Positions 12,601-24,876 are shown, counted from the stretch's first letter. The stretch: 64,000 nucleotides of DNA from Eledone cirrhosa (GCA_964016885.1 OZ024743.1:100688001-100752000); one strand, 5' to 3'. Program-made: numbers and translations. Notes: a model not told the origin generated them from the letters alone.

Positions 12601-15600
12601 TAGTAGTAGTAATGTCAGTGGTAGTAGTAGTAGTAATGTCAGTGGTAGTAGTAGTAGTAATGTCAGTGGTAGTAGTAGTAGTAATGTCAGTGGTAGTAGT
12701 AGTAATGTCAGTAGTAGTAGTAGTAGTAGTAATGTTAGTAGTAGTAGTAGTAATATCAGTGGTAGTAGTAGTAGAAATGTCAGTAGTAGTAGTAGTAATA
12801 TCAGTGGTAGTAGTAGTAGTAATGTCAGTGGTACTAGTAGTAATGTCAGTAGTAGTAGTAGTAATGTCAGTGGTAGTAGTAGTAGTAATGTCAGTGGTAG
12901 TAGTAGTAGTAATGTCAGTAGTAGTAGTAGTAGTAATGTCAGTAGTAGTAGTAGTAATGTCAGTGGTATTAGTAGTAGTAATGTCAGTGGTAGTAGTAGT
13001 AGTAGTAATGTCTGTGGTAGTAGTAGTAGTAATATCAGTAGTAGTAGTAGTAGTAATGTCAGTGGTAGTAGTAGTAGTAATGTCAGTGGTAGTAGTAGTA
13101 GTAGTAATGTCAGTAGTAGTAGTAGTAATGTCAGTGGTAGTAGTAGTAGTAATGTCAGTGGTAGTAGTAGTAGTAATGTCAGTAGTAGTAGTAGTAATGT
13201 CAGTGGTAGTAGTAGTAGTAATGTCAGTGGTAGTAGTAGTAGTAATGTCAGTAGTAGTAGTAGTAATGTCAGTGGTAGTAGTAGCTGTAATGTCTGTAGT
13301 AGAAGTAGTAGTAGTAATGACAGTGGTAGTAGTAGTAGTAATGTCAGTGGTAGTAGTAGTAATGTCAGTGGTAGTAGTAGTAGTAATGTCATGGTAGTAG
13401 TAGTAGTAATGTCAGTAGTAGTAGTAGTAATGTTAGTAGTAGTAGTAGTAATGTCAGTGGTAGTAGTAGTAGTAATGTCAGTAGTACTAGTAGCTGTAAT
13501 GTCAGTGGTAGTAGTAGTAGCAGTAATGTTAGTGGTAGTAGTATTAGCAGTAATGTCAGTGGTAGTAGTAGTAGTAATGTCAGTGGTAGTAGTAGAAGCA
13601 GTAATGTCAGTGGTAGTAGTAGTAGTAATGTCAGTAGTACTAGTAGCTGTAATGTCAGTGGTAGTAGTAGTAGCAGTAATGTTAGTGGTAGTAGTATTAG
13701 CAGTAATGTCAGTGGTAGTAGTAGTAGTAATGTCAGTGGTAGTAGTAGTAGCAGTAATGTTAGTGGTAGTAGTACTAGCAGTAATGTCAGTGGTAGTAGT
13801 AGTAGTAGTAATGTCAGTAGTAGTAGTTGTAATGACAGTAGTAGTAGTAGTAGTAGTAATGTCAGTGGTAGAAGTAGTAGTAGTAATGTCAATAGTAGTA
13901 GTCGTAATGTCAGTGGTAGTAGTAGTAGTAATGTCAGTGGATGTTTTAGTAACGTCAGTGGTAGTAGTAGTAGTAATGTCAGTGGATGTAGTAGTAATGT
14001 CAGTGGTAGTAGTAGTAATGTCAGTGGTAGTAGTAGTAGTAATGTCAGTGGTAGTAGTAGTAATGTCAGTGGTAGTAGTAGTAGTAATGTCAGTGGTAGT
14101 AGTAGTAATGTCAGTGGTAGTAGTAGTAGTAATGTCAGTGGTAGTAGTAGTAATGTCAGTGTTAGTAGTAGTAGTAATGTCAGTAGTAGTAGTAGTAGTA
14201 GTAGTAATGGGAGTGGTAGTAGTAGTAGTAATATCAGTAGTAGTAGTAGTGTCAGTGGTAGTAGTAGTAGTAATGTCAATGGTAGTAGTACTAGTAGTAA
14301 TGTCAGTGGTAGTAGTAGTAGTAGTAATGTCAGTGGTAGTAGTAGTAGTAATGTCAGTAGTAGTAGTAGTTATGTCAGTAGTAGTAGTAGTAATGTCAGT
14401 GGTAGTGGTAATAGTATTGTCATTAGTAGTAGTAGTAATGTCAGTAGTAGTAGTAGTAGTAGTAATGTCAATGGTAGTAGTAGTAGTAATGTCAGTAGTA
14501 GTAGTAGTAATGTCTGTGGTAGTAGTAGTAATGTCAGTGGTAGTAGTAGTAATGTCAGTAGTAGTAGTAGTAGTAATGTCAGTGGTAGTAGTAGTAGTAA
14601 TGTCAGTAGTAGTAGTAGTAGTAGTAATGTCAATGGTAGTAGTAGTAGTAATGTCAGTAGTAGTAGTAGTAATGTCTGTGGTAGTAGTAGTAATGTCAGT
14701 GGTAGTAGTAGTAATGTCAGTAGTAGTAGTAGTAGTAATGTCAGTGGTAGTAGTAGTAGTAATGTCAGTGGTAGTAGTAGTAGTAATGTCAGTGGTAGTA
14801 GTAGTAGTAATGTCAGTGGTAGTAGTAGTAATGTCAGTAGTAGTAGTAGTAGTAGTAATGTTAGTAGTAGTAGTAATATCAGTGGTAGTAGTAGTAGTAA
14901 TGTCAGTAGTAGTAGTAGTAATATCAGTGGTAGTAGTAGTAGTAATGTCAGTGGTACTAGTATTAATGTCAGTAGTAGTAGTAGTAATGTCAGTGGTAGT
15001 AGTAGTAGTAATGTCAGTGGTAGTAGTAGTAGTAATGTCAGTAGTAGTAGTAGTAGTAGTAATGTCAGTAGTAGTAGTAGTAATGTCAGTGGTATTAGTA
15101 GTAGTAATGTCAGTGGTAGTAGTAGTAGTAGTAATGTCTGTGGTAGTAGTAGTAGTAATATCAGTAGTAGTAGTAGTAGTAGTAATGTCAGTGGTAGTAG
15201 TAGTAGTAATGTCAGTGGTAGTAGTAGTAGTAGTAATGTCAGTAGTAGTAGTAGTAATGTCAGTGGTAGTAGTAGTAGTAATGTCAGTGGTAGTAGTAGT
15301 AGTAATGTCAGTAGTAGTAGTAGTAATGTCAGTGGTAGTAGTAGTAGTAATGTCAGTGGTAGTAGTAGTAGTAATGTCAGTAGTAGTAGTAGTAATGTCA
15401 GTGGTAGTAGTAGTAGCTGTAATGTCTGTAGTAGAAGTAGTAGTAGTAATGACAGTGGTAGTAGTAGTAGTAATGTCAGTGGTAGTAGTAGTAATGTCAG
15501 TGGTAGTAGTAGTAGTAATGTCATCGTAGTAGTAGTAGTAATGTCAGTAGTAGTAGTAGTAATGTCAGTAGTAGTAGTAGTAGTAATGTCAGTAGTAGTA

Positions 15601-16770
15601 GTAGTAATGTCAGTGGTAGTATTAGTAGTAATGTCAGTAGTAGTAGTAATGTCAGTGGTAGTAGTAGTAGTAGTGTCAGTGGTAGCGGTAGTAGTAATGT
15701 CAGTGGTAGTAGTCGTAATAATGTCAGTAGTAGTAGTAGTAGTAGTAATGTCAGTGGTAGTAGTAGTAGTAATGTCAGTGGTAGTAGTAGTAGTAGTAAC
15801 GTCAGTAGTAGTAGTAGTAATGTCAGTGGTAGTAGTAGTAGTAATGTCAGTGGTAGTAGTAGTAGTAATGTCAGTAGTAGTAGTAGTAGTAGTAGTAATG
15901 TCAGTGGTAGTAGTAGTAGTAATGTCAGTGGTAGTAGTAGTAGTAATGTCAGTAGTAGTAGTAGTAATGTCAGTGGTAGTAGTAGCTGTAATGTCTGTAG
16001 TAGTAGTAGTAGTAGTAATGTCAGTGGTAGTAGTAGTAGTAATGTCAGTAGTAGTAGTAGTAGTAGTAGTAATGTCAGTGGTAGTAGTAGTAGTAATGTC
16101 AGTGGTAGTAGTAGTAGTAATGTCAGTAGTAGTAGTAGTAATGTCAGTGGTAGTAGTAGCTGTAATGTCTGTAGTAGTAGTAGTAGTAGTAATGTCAGTG
16201 GTAGTAGTAGTAGCTGTAATGTCAGTGGTAGTAGTAATAGTAGTAGTAATGTCAGTAGTAGTAGTAGTAATGTCAGTGGTAGTAGTAGTAATGTCAGTGG
16301 TAGTAGTAGTAATGTCATGGTAGTAGTAGTAGTAATGTCAGTAGTAGTAGTAATGTCAGTGGTAGTAGTAGTAGTAATGTCAGTAGTAGTAGTAGTAATG
16401 TCAGTAGTAGTAGTAGTAATGTCAGTGGTAGTAGTAGTAATGTCAGTAGTAGTAGTAGTAATGTCAGTGGTAGTAGTAGTAATGTCAGTAGTAGTAGTAA
16501 TGTCAATAATTGTTTCTACTTTTGGCACAAGGCCAGCAATTAACCAGTACATTACTGGTACTTTATTTTATCGACCCCGTAAGGATGAAAGGCAAAGTTA
16601 ACCTCGGCGGGATTTGAACTCAGAATGGCAAGGGCCGTAACTCTATGCGTCAAAGCATGGCGTCCGACCCTCTACCGACGCTGCCAATCCGCCGCCAGTA
16701 GTAATGTCAATAATAGTAGTAGTAATGTCAATGGTAGTAGTAGTAGTAGTAATGTCCGTAGCAGTAGCAA
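1..16770. repeat. Giant complex satellite: (GTA)n runs punctuated by AATGTC; consensus GTAATGTCA(GTG)(GTA)n, with higher-order duplications; runs off the window start
   Basis: Continuous from base 1 to 16510, resumes after a SINE at 16697 and decays by ~16800. Unit lengths vary almost only in multiples of 3. Confidence 0.98.
16511..16696 (-). mobile_element. Full-length tRNA-derived SINE (family A) with 18-bp TSD
   Basis: Minus strand begins GGCGGCGGATTGGCAGCGTCGG (A-box-like), has GAGTTCAAATCC (B box) and central GCCTTTCATCC..GGTCGATAAAATAAAGTACC (resembles the Meta/MESC SINE domain). TSD AGTAGTAATGTCAATAAT at 16493-16510 and 16697-16714. Confidence 0.92.
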
Positions 16771-16845
16771 TACACATATCACAACTAGGCACGATAGTTA
16801 GTACTAATGTTATTACTCGTAATAATTTTTTTTTCATTTAGGCAG

Positions 16846-17071
16846 CAGGCCAGCAATAACTCAGTACATTACTGGTACTTTATTTTATTGACCCCGTAAG
16901 GATAACAGGCAAAGTTAACTTCGACGGGATTTGAACTCAGACTGTAGTAATAATGGTGATAATGATGTAATAATCGTTTCTACTTGTTGGCACAAGGCCA
17001 GCAATTATCCCAGTGTATTACTGCTACTCTATGTTATCGACCACATGAGGATGAAAGGCAAAGTTAACCTC
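16846..17071 (-). mobile_element. Two tandem truncated family-A SINE copies
   Basis: ~16846-16945 and ~16975-17071 both match the GGCCAGCAAT..TACTGGTACTTTATTTTATCGACCCCGTAAGGATGAAAGGCAAAGTTAAC segment. Confidence 0.85.
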
Positions 17072-17082
17072 TACCATCGTTG

Positions 17083-17119
<37 letters not shown>

Positions 17120-20086
17120 CATCATCATCATCATCATCAACGTTTAACGTCCGTGTTCCACGCTTGCATGGGTTTGGACGGGGGTAGTCCCACTTGAGGC
17201 AAGAGTGATTGTCTTGCTCGCATAGGACTGTCTGGCAGGTTTTCTACAGTTGGATGCCCTTCCTAACACCAACCACATTTACAGTGTGGGTCTGGGAGGT
17301 TTTTACCGTGTTGCCTTCACGGCCACATTACAGCGTGGACTGTGTGTTTTTTTGTCGTGACACCTACACGATCTCATTTGTTTCGGCCTGGATGGCGCGG
17401 CACCAACATAACTTTACATAGAACGGGGTGGTGTGGATGGGGTGGGGGTGGTGGCGGGACGGGGTGTATTTTGTTAGAGATGCCTACTGGCAAGGCGGGT
17501 CTTCTCTGTTACTGAGTACCGCCAAAGGTCACGGTCCAGTGACATTGTCTTGGAGAGGTGTAAGTGTGTGAGGTCGGAGTTTATCAGCTCATCCCATGTT
17601 TTTCTAGGTCTGCCTATTCCGTGGCTACCGTCTATCTTTATTGCCCTGCACTTTGTAATACAGCTATCGACTTTCATGCGCATCATGTGTCCATACCAAC
17701 GCAGCCTTCTCTCGAGTAAACAACATCTGATCCCTCTTATCTCTAATTTTTTCCTTAGTTCGTTTATGCTTTGCCGTTCACGTATATTACTGTTACACAT
17801 CCAGCGGAGCATGCAAGCTTCGTTCCTCTCTAGTCTGCGTATATCCTCTGCACACAATGCCCAGGTCTCACTACCATGCAACATTGCTGTTCGTATGCAG
17901 GCATCGTACAACCTGCCTTTCATTTTTAGGGAGAACCCTTTAGCAGCTAATAGTGGTATAAGCTCTCTGAACTTTTTCCAACCAGTTCTGACTCTAGCTA
18001 CAGTACTTTCAGAGCACCCTCCCCCACTGCTGATTTTATCGCCCAGGTAACGGAAGCTGTCCACTATTTCTATAGAACCCTCTGCGCAATTGAAAGAGCT
18101 AGTATTTTGTGGGCACTTGCTGCTACTTATTGCACCAGAACACCGGCCACATGTAAAGTCTATGTTCTTAGTTAGCTTACCTGTGATCCCACTACATCTT
18201 TTATGCACCCATACTTTGCATTTAGGACATAAGATGGAGTTTCTACCTACGCCTTTCCTACATACCGAGCACGATCATTTCCCAGAAGGGACCGCCGCCT
18301 TGTTTTCTTTCCTACAAACTAGAACTTTGGTCTTAGCCAGGTTAATTTTAAGTCCTTTTGACTCTAGGCCGTGCTTCCATGTTTGGAATTTCTTCTCTAG
18401 CTCGGCCATTGATTCCGCTATGAGTGTCAGGTCGTCTGCGTATAGGAGTTCCCATGGGCAGCCTGTCTTGAACTCCTCTGTTATAGCCTGAAGGGCAATA
18501 ATAAATAGTAGGGGGCTGAGAACAGAGCCCTGATGGACGCCAACTTTTACGCTAAACTCTTCACTATATTCGTTGTTAATTCTAACCTTGCTGACTGTTT
18601 CTTTATACATGGCTTGTATAGCCCTCACAAGCCATTCGTCAACGCCTAGTTTTCTAAGAGCCCACCAGATAATGGAGCGGGGGACTCTGTCGAAGGCTTT
18701 CTCCAGGTCGACAAAAGCTAAGTAGAGGGGTTTACCTTTAGCTAGGTACTTCTCCTGTAGTTGTCGTACTATGAAAAGAGCGTCTGTGGTGCTTTTGCCT
18801 GACACAAACCCGAACTGCATTTCATCTAGATCAATTCTCTCTCTGATTAGTTGCGCTATTACTTTTTCCGTGACCTTCATGACCTGGTCGATTAATTTAA
18901 TGCCTCTATAGTTACTCCTATCTAGGGCGTCTCCTTTACCCTTATAACAGTTAACGATGATGCTGCTATGCCAGTCCTTCGGAACAACCCCATTCTGTAC
19001 GACTTGGTTAACTATGCGGGTGACCATGGTGTGTCCCACCGTGCCAGATGCCTTCAGCATCTCAGCAACTATTTCCGAAGGCCCAGCCGCCTTACCAGTC
19101 TTCATATCCTTGATTGCCTTACTTATTATACTCCCCTCGACTAACACTGCTGGTCCCTCTATCGGGTCGATATGGGGGAGACTGTCTTTCTCCCATTTAT
19201 TCTCCTCATTTAGTAGCCTTTCATAGTGACACTTCCAAGCTACCTTCTTATCAGTGTCGGTGATGGCAAGTATGCCATCATCGTTAAGTACACACTTCTC
19301 CCCGACAATATCACGGTTTTCCTTGACGCATTGCCTGGCAATCCTGAACACCTCACGTTTTTGGTCATCGCGTTGTAGAACATGCTTGAACTTTCTTTCC
19401 TCAGCTTCCCTTCTTGCTAAGTACACTTCTCTCCTAGCTTCCCTCCTGGCCACTTGATAGTCTACTCTACTTCCCCCATCCCGCCATACTTTCCAAGCCT
19501 GCTTTTTGGCCTTAATTGACCCCTCCACCCTACTGTTCCACCACCATGTTACTCTCCTCCTGCCTACAGGCCTGCTCCAGCCACAGACTTCGTCTGTCGC
19601 CAACAGCAGGTTTGCTTTCAGAAATTTCCACTGTCCCTCTATATTGTCCGATTCTAGATGCTCTTCCTTACTGTCGAAAGCATCAAGTAATATGCTTTGA
19701 AATTTATTTCTGGCTGTGGGGTCCTTTAGTTTCCATATTTTCCTCCTGAGGATAGTCCTCTTCTGCTGTCGGGTACGTCTCGTCCTGACTATGAGGTCGC
19801 TAATTATCAGTCTATGTTGGGAGGTGCATTCTTCATGGGGGAGGGATTTAGTGTTTACAACAGACACTCTGTCACGTCTTCTGGTAAGGATATAATCTAC
19901 CTGGCTTGTGTGTTCCCCGGATCTATAGGTGATCAGGTGATTGTCACGTTTTTTGAAGTTAGTGTTACAGATAGTTAGGTTATTTGCATCACAGTATTCC
20001 AGGATTCTGGAGCCTTCCTCATTTCTAGTACCAAACCCATAGCCTCCATGGATTTCGTCGTAGCCGTCACAATGTTGTCCAACGTG
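17120..20086 (-). mobile_element. 5'-truncated RTE-clade LINE (partial APE, RT, internal PHD finger, 3' UTR, (GAT)n tail) flanked by (TA)n
   Basis: APE C-terminal motifs (SQVDYIL, QHRLI); RT motifs (KGKGD..NYRGIKL, QFGF, FVDLEKAFDRV, GVHQGSVLSPLLF, LLYADD); RTE-type C-terminus (RRLRWYGH..GRPRKTW). (CAT)n tail at 17120-17139; TA runs at 17083-17119 and 20087-20111. Confidence 0.96.
17474..20086 (-). pseudogene. RTE ORF2 interrupted by a single in-frame TGA at 18275-18277
   Basis: ORFs 18275..20131 and 17474..18208 are in the same frame, joined by PSGK*SCSVCRKGVGRNSILCPKCKVWVHKRC. The ORF-track N-terminus beyond 20086 is microsatellite read-through. Confidence 0.92.
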
Positions 20087-20111
20087 ATATATATATATAT
20101 ATATATATATA

Positions 20112-20956
20112 AGGTGCAGGGAAGTGTTCATCTACCTATTGTTTGTGTTGTGTAGTACTGGCAAAGTCCTGTGAGTGACCTCATCTTTTCTTAAAGTTCA
20201 CGTTTCTCGAGTCTATGGGGCTGTGTACATAGTGAACACATGGGCGTTTTGGTGCAAGTGATTTTTCACAACTCCGGACCTCGTGTTGATTCCGCGGCCT
20301 TTCAGTTTTAACATTTCCACCGACTCCGAAAGGCACAGACGGAACTCTCTGCTTCCAAGAATGTATGGAGGTGCGTGCTTAAGGATTTCCCATTCCATTC
20401 TGAAGTTAATGTTTTTGTCCTTTAGTTGAAGACCAGTAGTCCGCAGTGGTCCGTTGCACACTGTTCGATGATTTGAATGGTCAGAGTTTCCTGCAACCCG
20501 AGGGTTGTGGTTTTGTATGCAGTTGTCGTCACTGGTTAGTTCCCTGATCCTCTTGCTGTTGATGGTCGATATTAAGACCTCAAGGTTTGGTGTTGTCGAA
20601 AATGAGAATGTAACAGTGTACCTATTGAAGATCCTGTGCTATCCGTGTATAGGAGGAAAGTACTGGTCGAGGGCTCTAAAGAAGATTCTGGAGATGTTGA
20701 TCCAGACGTGCCTGGAATAGGGAGCATTGAACCAAGTCACGTGTTTCTTGCGGAATCTCTTGTATAGGGTGCGTGCCCTAGTCTTGGCGTTGGTGTGGGT
20801 AGGGCAGGTGTTACAGCTGGCGATTGTGCCGTCTCTTCGCTCGGAATGGTGGTGGGTACGGCTGGTTTGAGGGTGACTGAGTGACTCAGCCGTTACGGAT
20901 CTGTCGTAATGGCTGGGAGAGTTGTGGTCGCAAAGCCTGCCCCTGTTACTCCTTAA
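20112..20956 (-). mobile_element. Penelope-like element remnant (RT-endonuclease linker and C-terminus; GIY-YIG core apparently deleted)
   Basis: One frame reads RKKHVTWFNAPYSRHVWINISRIFFRALDQYFPPIHG*HRIFNRYTVTFSFSTTPNL ... WEILKHAPPY..FRLCLSE..INTRSGVVKNHLHQN. This resembles the WFNPP/IFNRNT and C-x-LC..E..LNKRSE..CRH motifs of invertebrate PLEs. (TA)n on both sides. Confidence 0.72.
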
Positions 20957-21059
20957 TATATATATATATATACACACACACACACGCATATATATATGCG
21001 TGTGTGTGTATATATATATATATCCATTTAGTGAAGGCGCATGGCTGAGTGGTAAGAGA

Positions 21060-21302
21060 ATTTTTGTATTTGTTTTGCAAGATTTCTTATCTGAAAATGT
21101 GCGTTGAAAGATTTTTTATACTTTGGGTGGGTCATGCTGTCAATAAAAACACGTGCCCCTTTTGGTTTTCACTTCAATTTATTATAAACTTCCAATGGTT
21201 ATTTATTTGTTTATTGTCAAAGCTCAATCTTCACACATTCTGCGACCTCCTCAATTACTATTTTGTTATTTTGTCTCTCCTTTGTTCACAAAAACAAGAT
21301 GG
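21060..21302 (-). mobile_element. Short non-autonomous element (family H), degenerate copy
   Basis: Collinear similarity to 57927-58272 and to the reverse complement of 59735-60016; the hammerhead core is mutated in this copy. Confidence 0.75.
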
Positions 21303-21309
21303 TATGAGA

Positions 21310-21600
21310 TAGAATGGACCTCAATTGGTTTTGACGATGATTATTCCCGTTCTTCAATCAACAAAACTGACTTCTCAGGAAATTAATATGCAAGTGGCTG
21401 AGCATTCCAGACACCCTTAACGTAACTCTCAGGGAAATACAGGATGACACAGCGAGTGACAATGCTGGATATTTCAATTACAGGTATCCAACAGGCTTCC
21501 AGACAGTTTCTGCCTACCCAATTTCATTCACAAGACTTGAGCCCCAAATCTCATGATTGTGAAGTGAACTCCTTAATTATTTGGCCACATGCGTCCATCC
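21310..21600 (-). mobile_element. tRNA-derived SINE family B, degenerate
   Basis: Shares GTGGCTGAGCATTCCAGACAC..TTAACGTAA.TCTCAGGGA..ATTACAGGTA with 36620-36955 and 41460-41763. Confidence 0.7.
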
Positions 21601-22901
21601 TAATATAATATAATCAATTAATCTGATTATAATTGTGTGTGTGATATTATTTATAAGCCTAATTTGGCTGGAGCCTAAGAAACCCTCAAGGACTTAGGGG
21701 CTGTTATTTTATCTCTTTGCAAAGACACTGTTAACTTCACCCTGGGCCCCTGTCGTTAAATGAGGTCTAAAATACCTGAAAAGATGTGTCTAAATGTAGA
21801 CAGATGTCAGAATTCTTTTTGAAGAGATTTTCAGTGAGCCCTGTGTAGCTTTTAGTATCTCTGTTATCTTAGTTCCCTAAACTTATTTATTTGTAGAAGA
21901 AAAAAGAACAGGGTCCATCACTATTTTTAGGGCCTCCAAGACTGGCAGGGGTAGGAAGGTGTCTTCAAACCAGTGATCTACCCTGAATGTTTGCAACAGA
22001 ATGGTTCTTACCATGAATTAATATGGACCAACTCCTCCATAACTTTCAGCTTTGAAAAATGGCTTTTTGTCTTCATTTATAATTGAGAACACTAACAAGA
22101 TGCTGTGTAGTCAGATCAAACCCAGGACTTTATGATTACAAACCATTTGGTAACGTTGTGCCCACAATATATTGAATAATGGCGAATGCAATAGATTACA
22201 AAACAGAATAAAAAAAAAATCCAGAGTTTTACATTTGTTTTAATGCAATATTTTTAATGAAAAGATGTGTATTATCAGTCAATTGAGAGTTATCTATGAA
22301 AGACAATTACAACAAATGAATTATTTGTATAAGTTATAGACAACACAAGCAAATTCTTTTTTTTTTTTTTTAAACAAAAAAACCTCAATTTGTTTTGTAA
22401 TGTTTCTGTAAAAATTTGAAACATAAAACAGAAACAACAACAACAACAAACATCTGTATTTGTATAGAATTTAAAAAAAAAAAGAAGAAAGAATTCATAT
22501 AATGTTTTATAGTGTTTCTCTGTATTTCATGTCTGCAATTGAATTTTCTCTTTCTCTTTACTCCCTCATTTTTTCTTTTTGTTGTTGTTCTTTCAACTGA
22601 AAGTATTGGAGAAATTTCTGGAGTTTCAAAAAAAAAAAATTGTTTGAATTTTGTTTGTGCATATGTGTTATATTGTAGCTGCTTCAACATCGATATTTGT
22701 TTCGTTTGTTTTTGTATTTACTTTGTAGCTAAAATAAAAGTTTGCATTTATTTAAAGTTGTGAATTCTGAAATTTCTGTTATGTTGGCTTTGTTGTAATT
22801 ACGAAGAACTTAGATGAGAGGCACCCCACATGTAATGATCTCTTGTTGTTGATACTGACACACTGATATTGTTTTAATGTATTGTTTGATTAACTTTAAT
22901 G

Positions 22902-22938
<37 letters not shown>

Positions 22939-24876
22939 CACACATACATACATACATATATATATATAGATATATATATACACATATATATGCATATACA
23001 TACATATATATACCTACATACATATACATACATACATATACGTATATATATATATATATTCCATCTCTCTTTTTTTTACATATATAATCAATTAGATCTG
23101 TTTATTATTTAACACACGACACTGTCTAATGTTATTACATTATCAATTTCCTACGAGAGTCCATAAAACCAATATTGTAAGGGGTAGGGGGGCTATAATC
23201 AACTGAATTGACAACAAATATTATATCATTGGTACATTATTGTTTACTTCTTAGGGATGGAAAGGCTCTTTATTTTCAGGGCTTTCAATACTGGTGGAGG
23301 GAAAGAAACAAGGAAACTATCTTCAAACTGGAAACCTTTTGCAAAAGGCTGTAATGGAAGGTTATAGTTCTCCATGAAACTGAGACCATACATTCTAGAA
23401 TCATTAATGCCAGGGGAAATATGTTCTATAAATAAAATACTTGAATTTTTAATTAATATTAGCATTCGTTAAACTCCAAATAAATTAGGATAGGGAAGTA
23501 GTAAGGCATCTTCTATGTATACATGTATACAGTTATAAGAATTCTTTTTAAAGAGATTTTCTTAGCTCCAAAAACTCATTTATTTTTAAAAGAGAGAAAG
23601 GCAGGGTTTCTAATACTAGCAGAGGTAGGAGGGTAGGAAGGTGTCTTCAAACAAGTGATTTGTTCAGAATACTTGCAGCAGAGTGGATTCTGCTAAAGAT
23701 CCACACAGGCCAGGTGGTGGTGTTAAACTGGGCTAAAAATTAAATCTACCTTCCAACTATGTCATGCAAAGAAGTGGAAGAAATAACACATGATAACAAT
23801 TCTGTCAATACATTGCTCTGGACTTGTTATTTTCTCAACCCTGAAAGATAAACATGACCTCAGCAGAATTTGAACTCAGAGCATAGAGATCCAGACCAAA
23901 TACCACAATGCAATTTGCTGCTTTAGAAAAACATAACATTAAAAGGACAGATATTAGGATTCTTGCAATTATATAGACAAGAAAAATTATGCATATTTTT
24001 ACTGAGAAAGCAGTGGTTAAATATAACATTCTAATTTGGAATTGGTAAATTCTTGTAGAGACTTCTTTTGCTTTTTATTGAGGAATTTCCAACTACTAAT
24101 TAGCTAAAATAGTTTATTTCATACATAATATATTTACCATACACTGATCAGGTTGAACCAAGGAAACTATGATTCCATTGGTCTGTTCATTGCTGATACT
24201 ATCTGACAGTCACAACTCATGGCAGAAGTGTCACTACTTTTTCCAGTGGCAAGAGGGTGGATCTGAAACCACAGAGCTGGAACAGACATCGCAAAGCATC
24301 TCCTCTGATACTTTAATAATTCTGGCATTTCACTGGCCCTGGACTGGAACTTTATTTATAGACTCCAAAAAGATGAATGGAAAAGTTGACCACAAGAGGA
24401 TTTGAAAGAGCTGGAACACCAAAGTATTTAATCTGACACTCTAACAACTCTGCTTTATAAAGATGATTATGTAAATCAAAAATATATTAAATTATTCAAC
24501 ATTAAAACCTCATTAACAACAACCATCTTCCTTACTTATATTTTATATATATGACAATAAAGACATGAAAACATCACAAGTTTTCACAGAGAGACAAATA
24601 AAAACATCATGTGTTCTAAGCATGACTGTTGTGAGGCATTCTCTAATGCTCAGACAAAAATTTGAGGTATGGCATAGATGAATGAAAAACAGATACAACA
24701 CCTGAAATAGAAATGGTAACAACAATTGGAATTATTTCATCCAGAAGACAAGACTGAGAACTTCTTGAAACATCAATAGACTTTAGAAATTTATTGTTCT
24801 TAGCAAAACATAAAGGACTAATGTGGAATCATGAAAAGTCCTTAATGAAATAGATGTGGAGCATAGTCTTGTTTTC

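Noticed and set aside
16545-16562. SINE motif AGTAATGTACTGG as the seed of the satellite unit AGTAATGTCAGTGG
   Set aside because: Only 8 contiguous bases are shared, on the opposite strand, and the TSD shows the SINE inserted into pre-existing satellite.
1-16600. Very long poly-Val, poly-Ser, poly-Leu and poly-Thr ORFs called as genes
   Set aside because: Four of six frames of this repeat are open by composition; the ORFs switch amino-acid type at phase slips, and no signal peptide or splice context was seen.
16600-16696. tRNA gene
   Set aside because: A/B boxes are too widely spaced for a cloverleaf and are followed by SINE body and TSD; it is a SINE head.
18275-18277. In-frame TGA as selenocysteine or programmed read-through
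   Set aside because: More simply a TGG to TGA mutation in a dead copy; no SECIS was identified.
23244-23430. Possible minus-strand exon after TTTTATTTATAG (HISPGINDSRMYG..)
   Set aside because: No recognisable homology, and an equally plausible acceptor lies on the plus strand; cannot be supported without RNA data.
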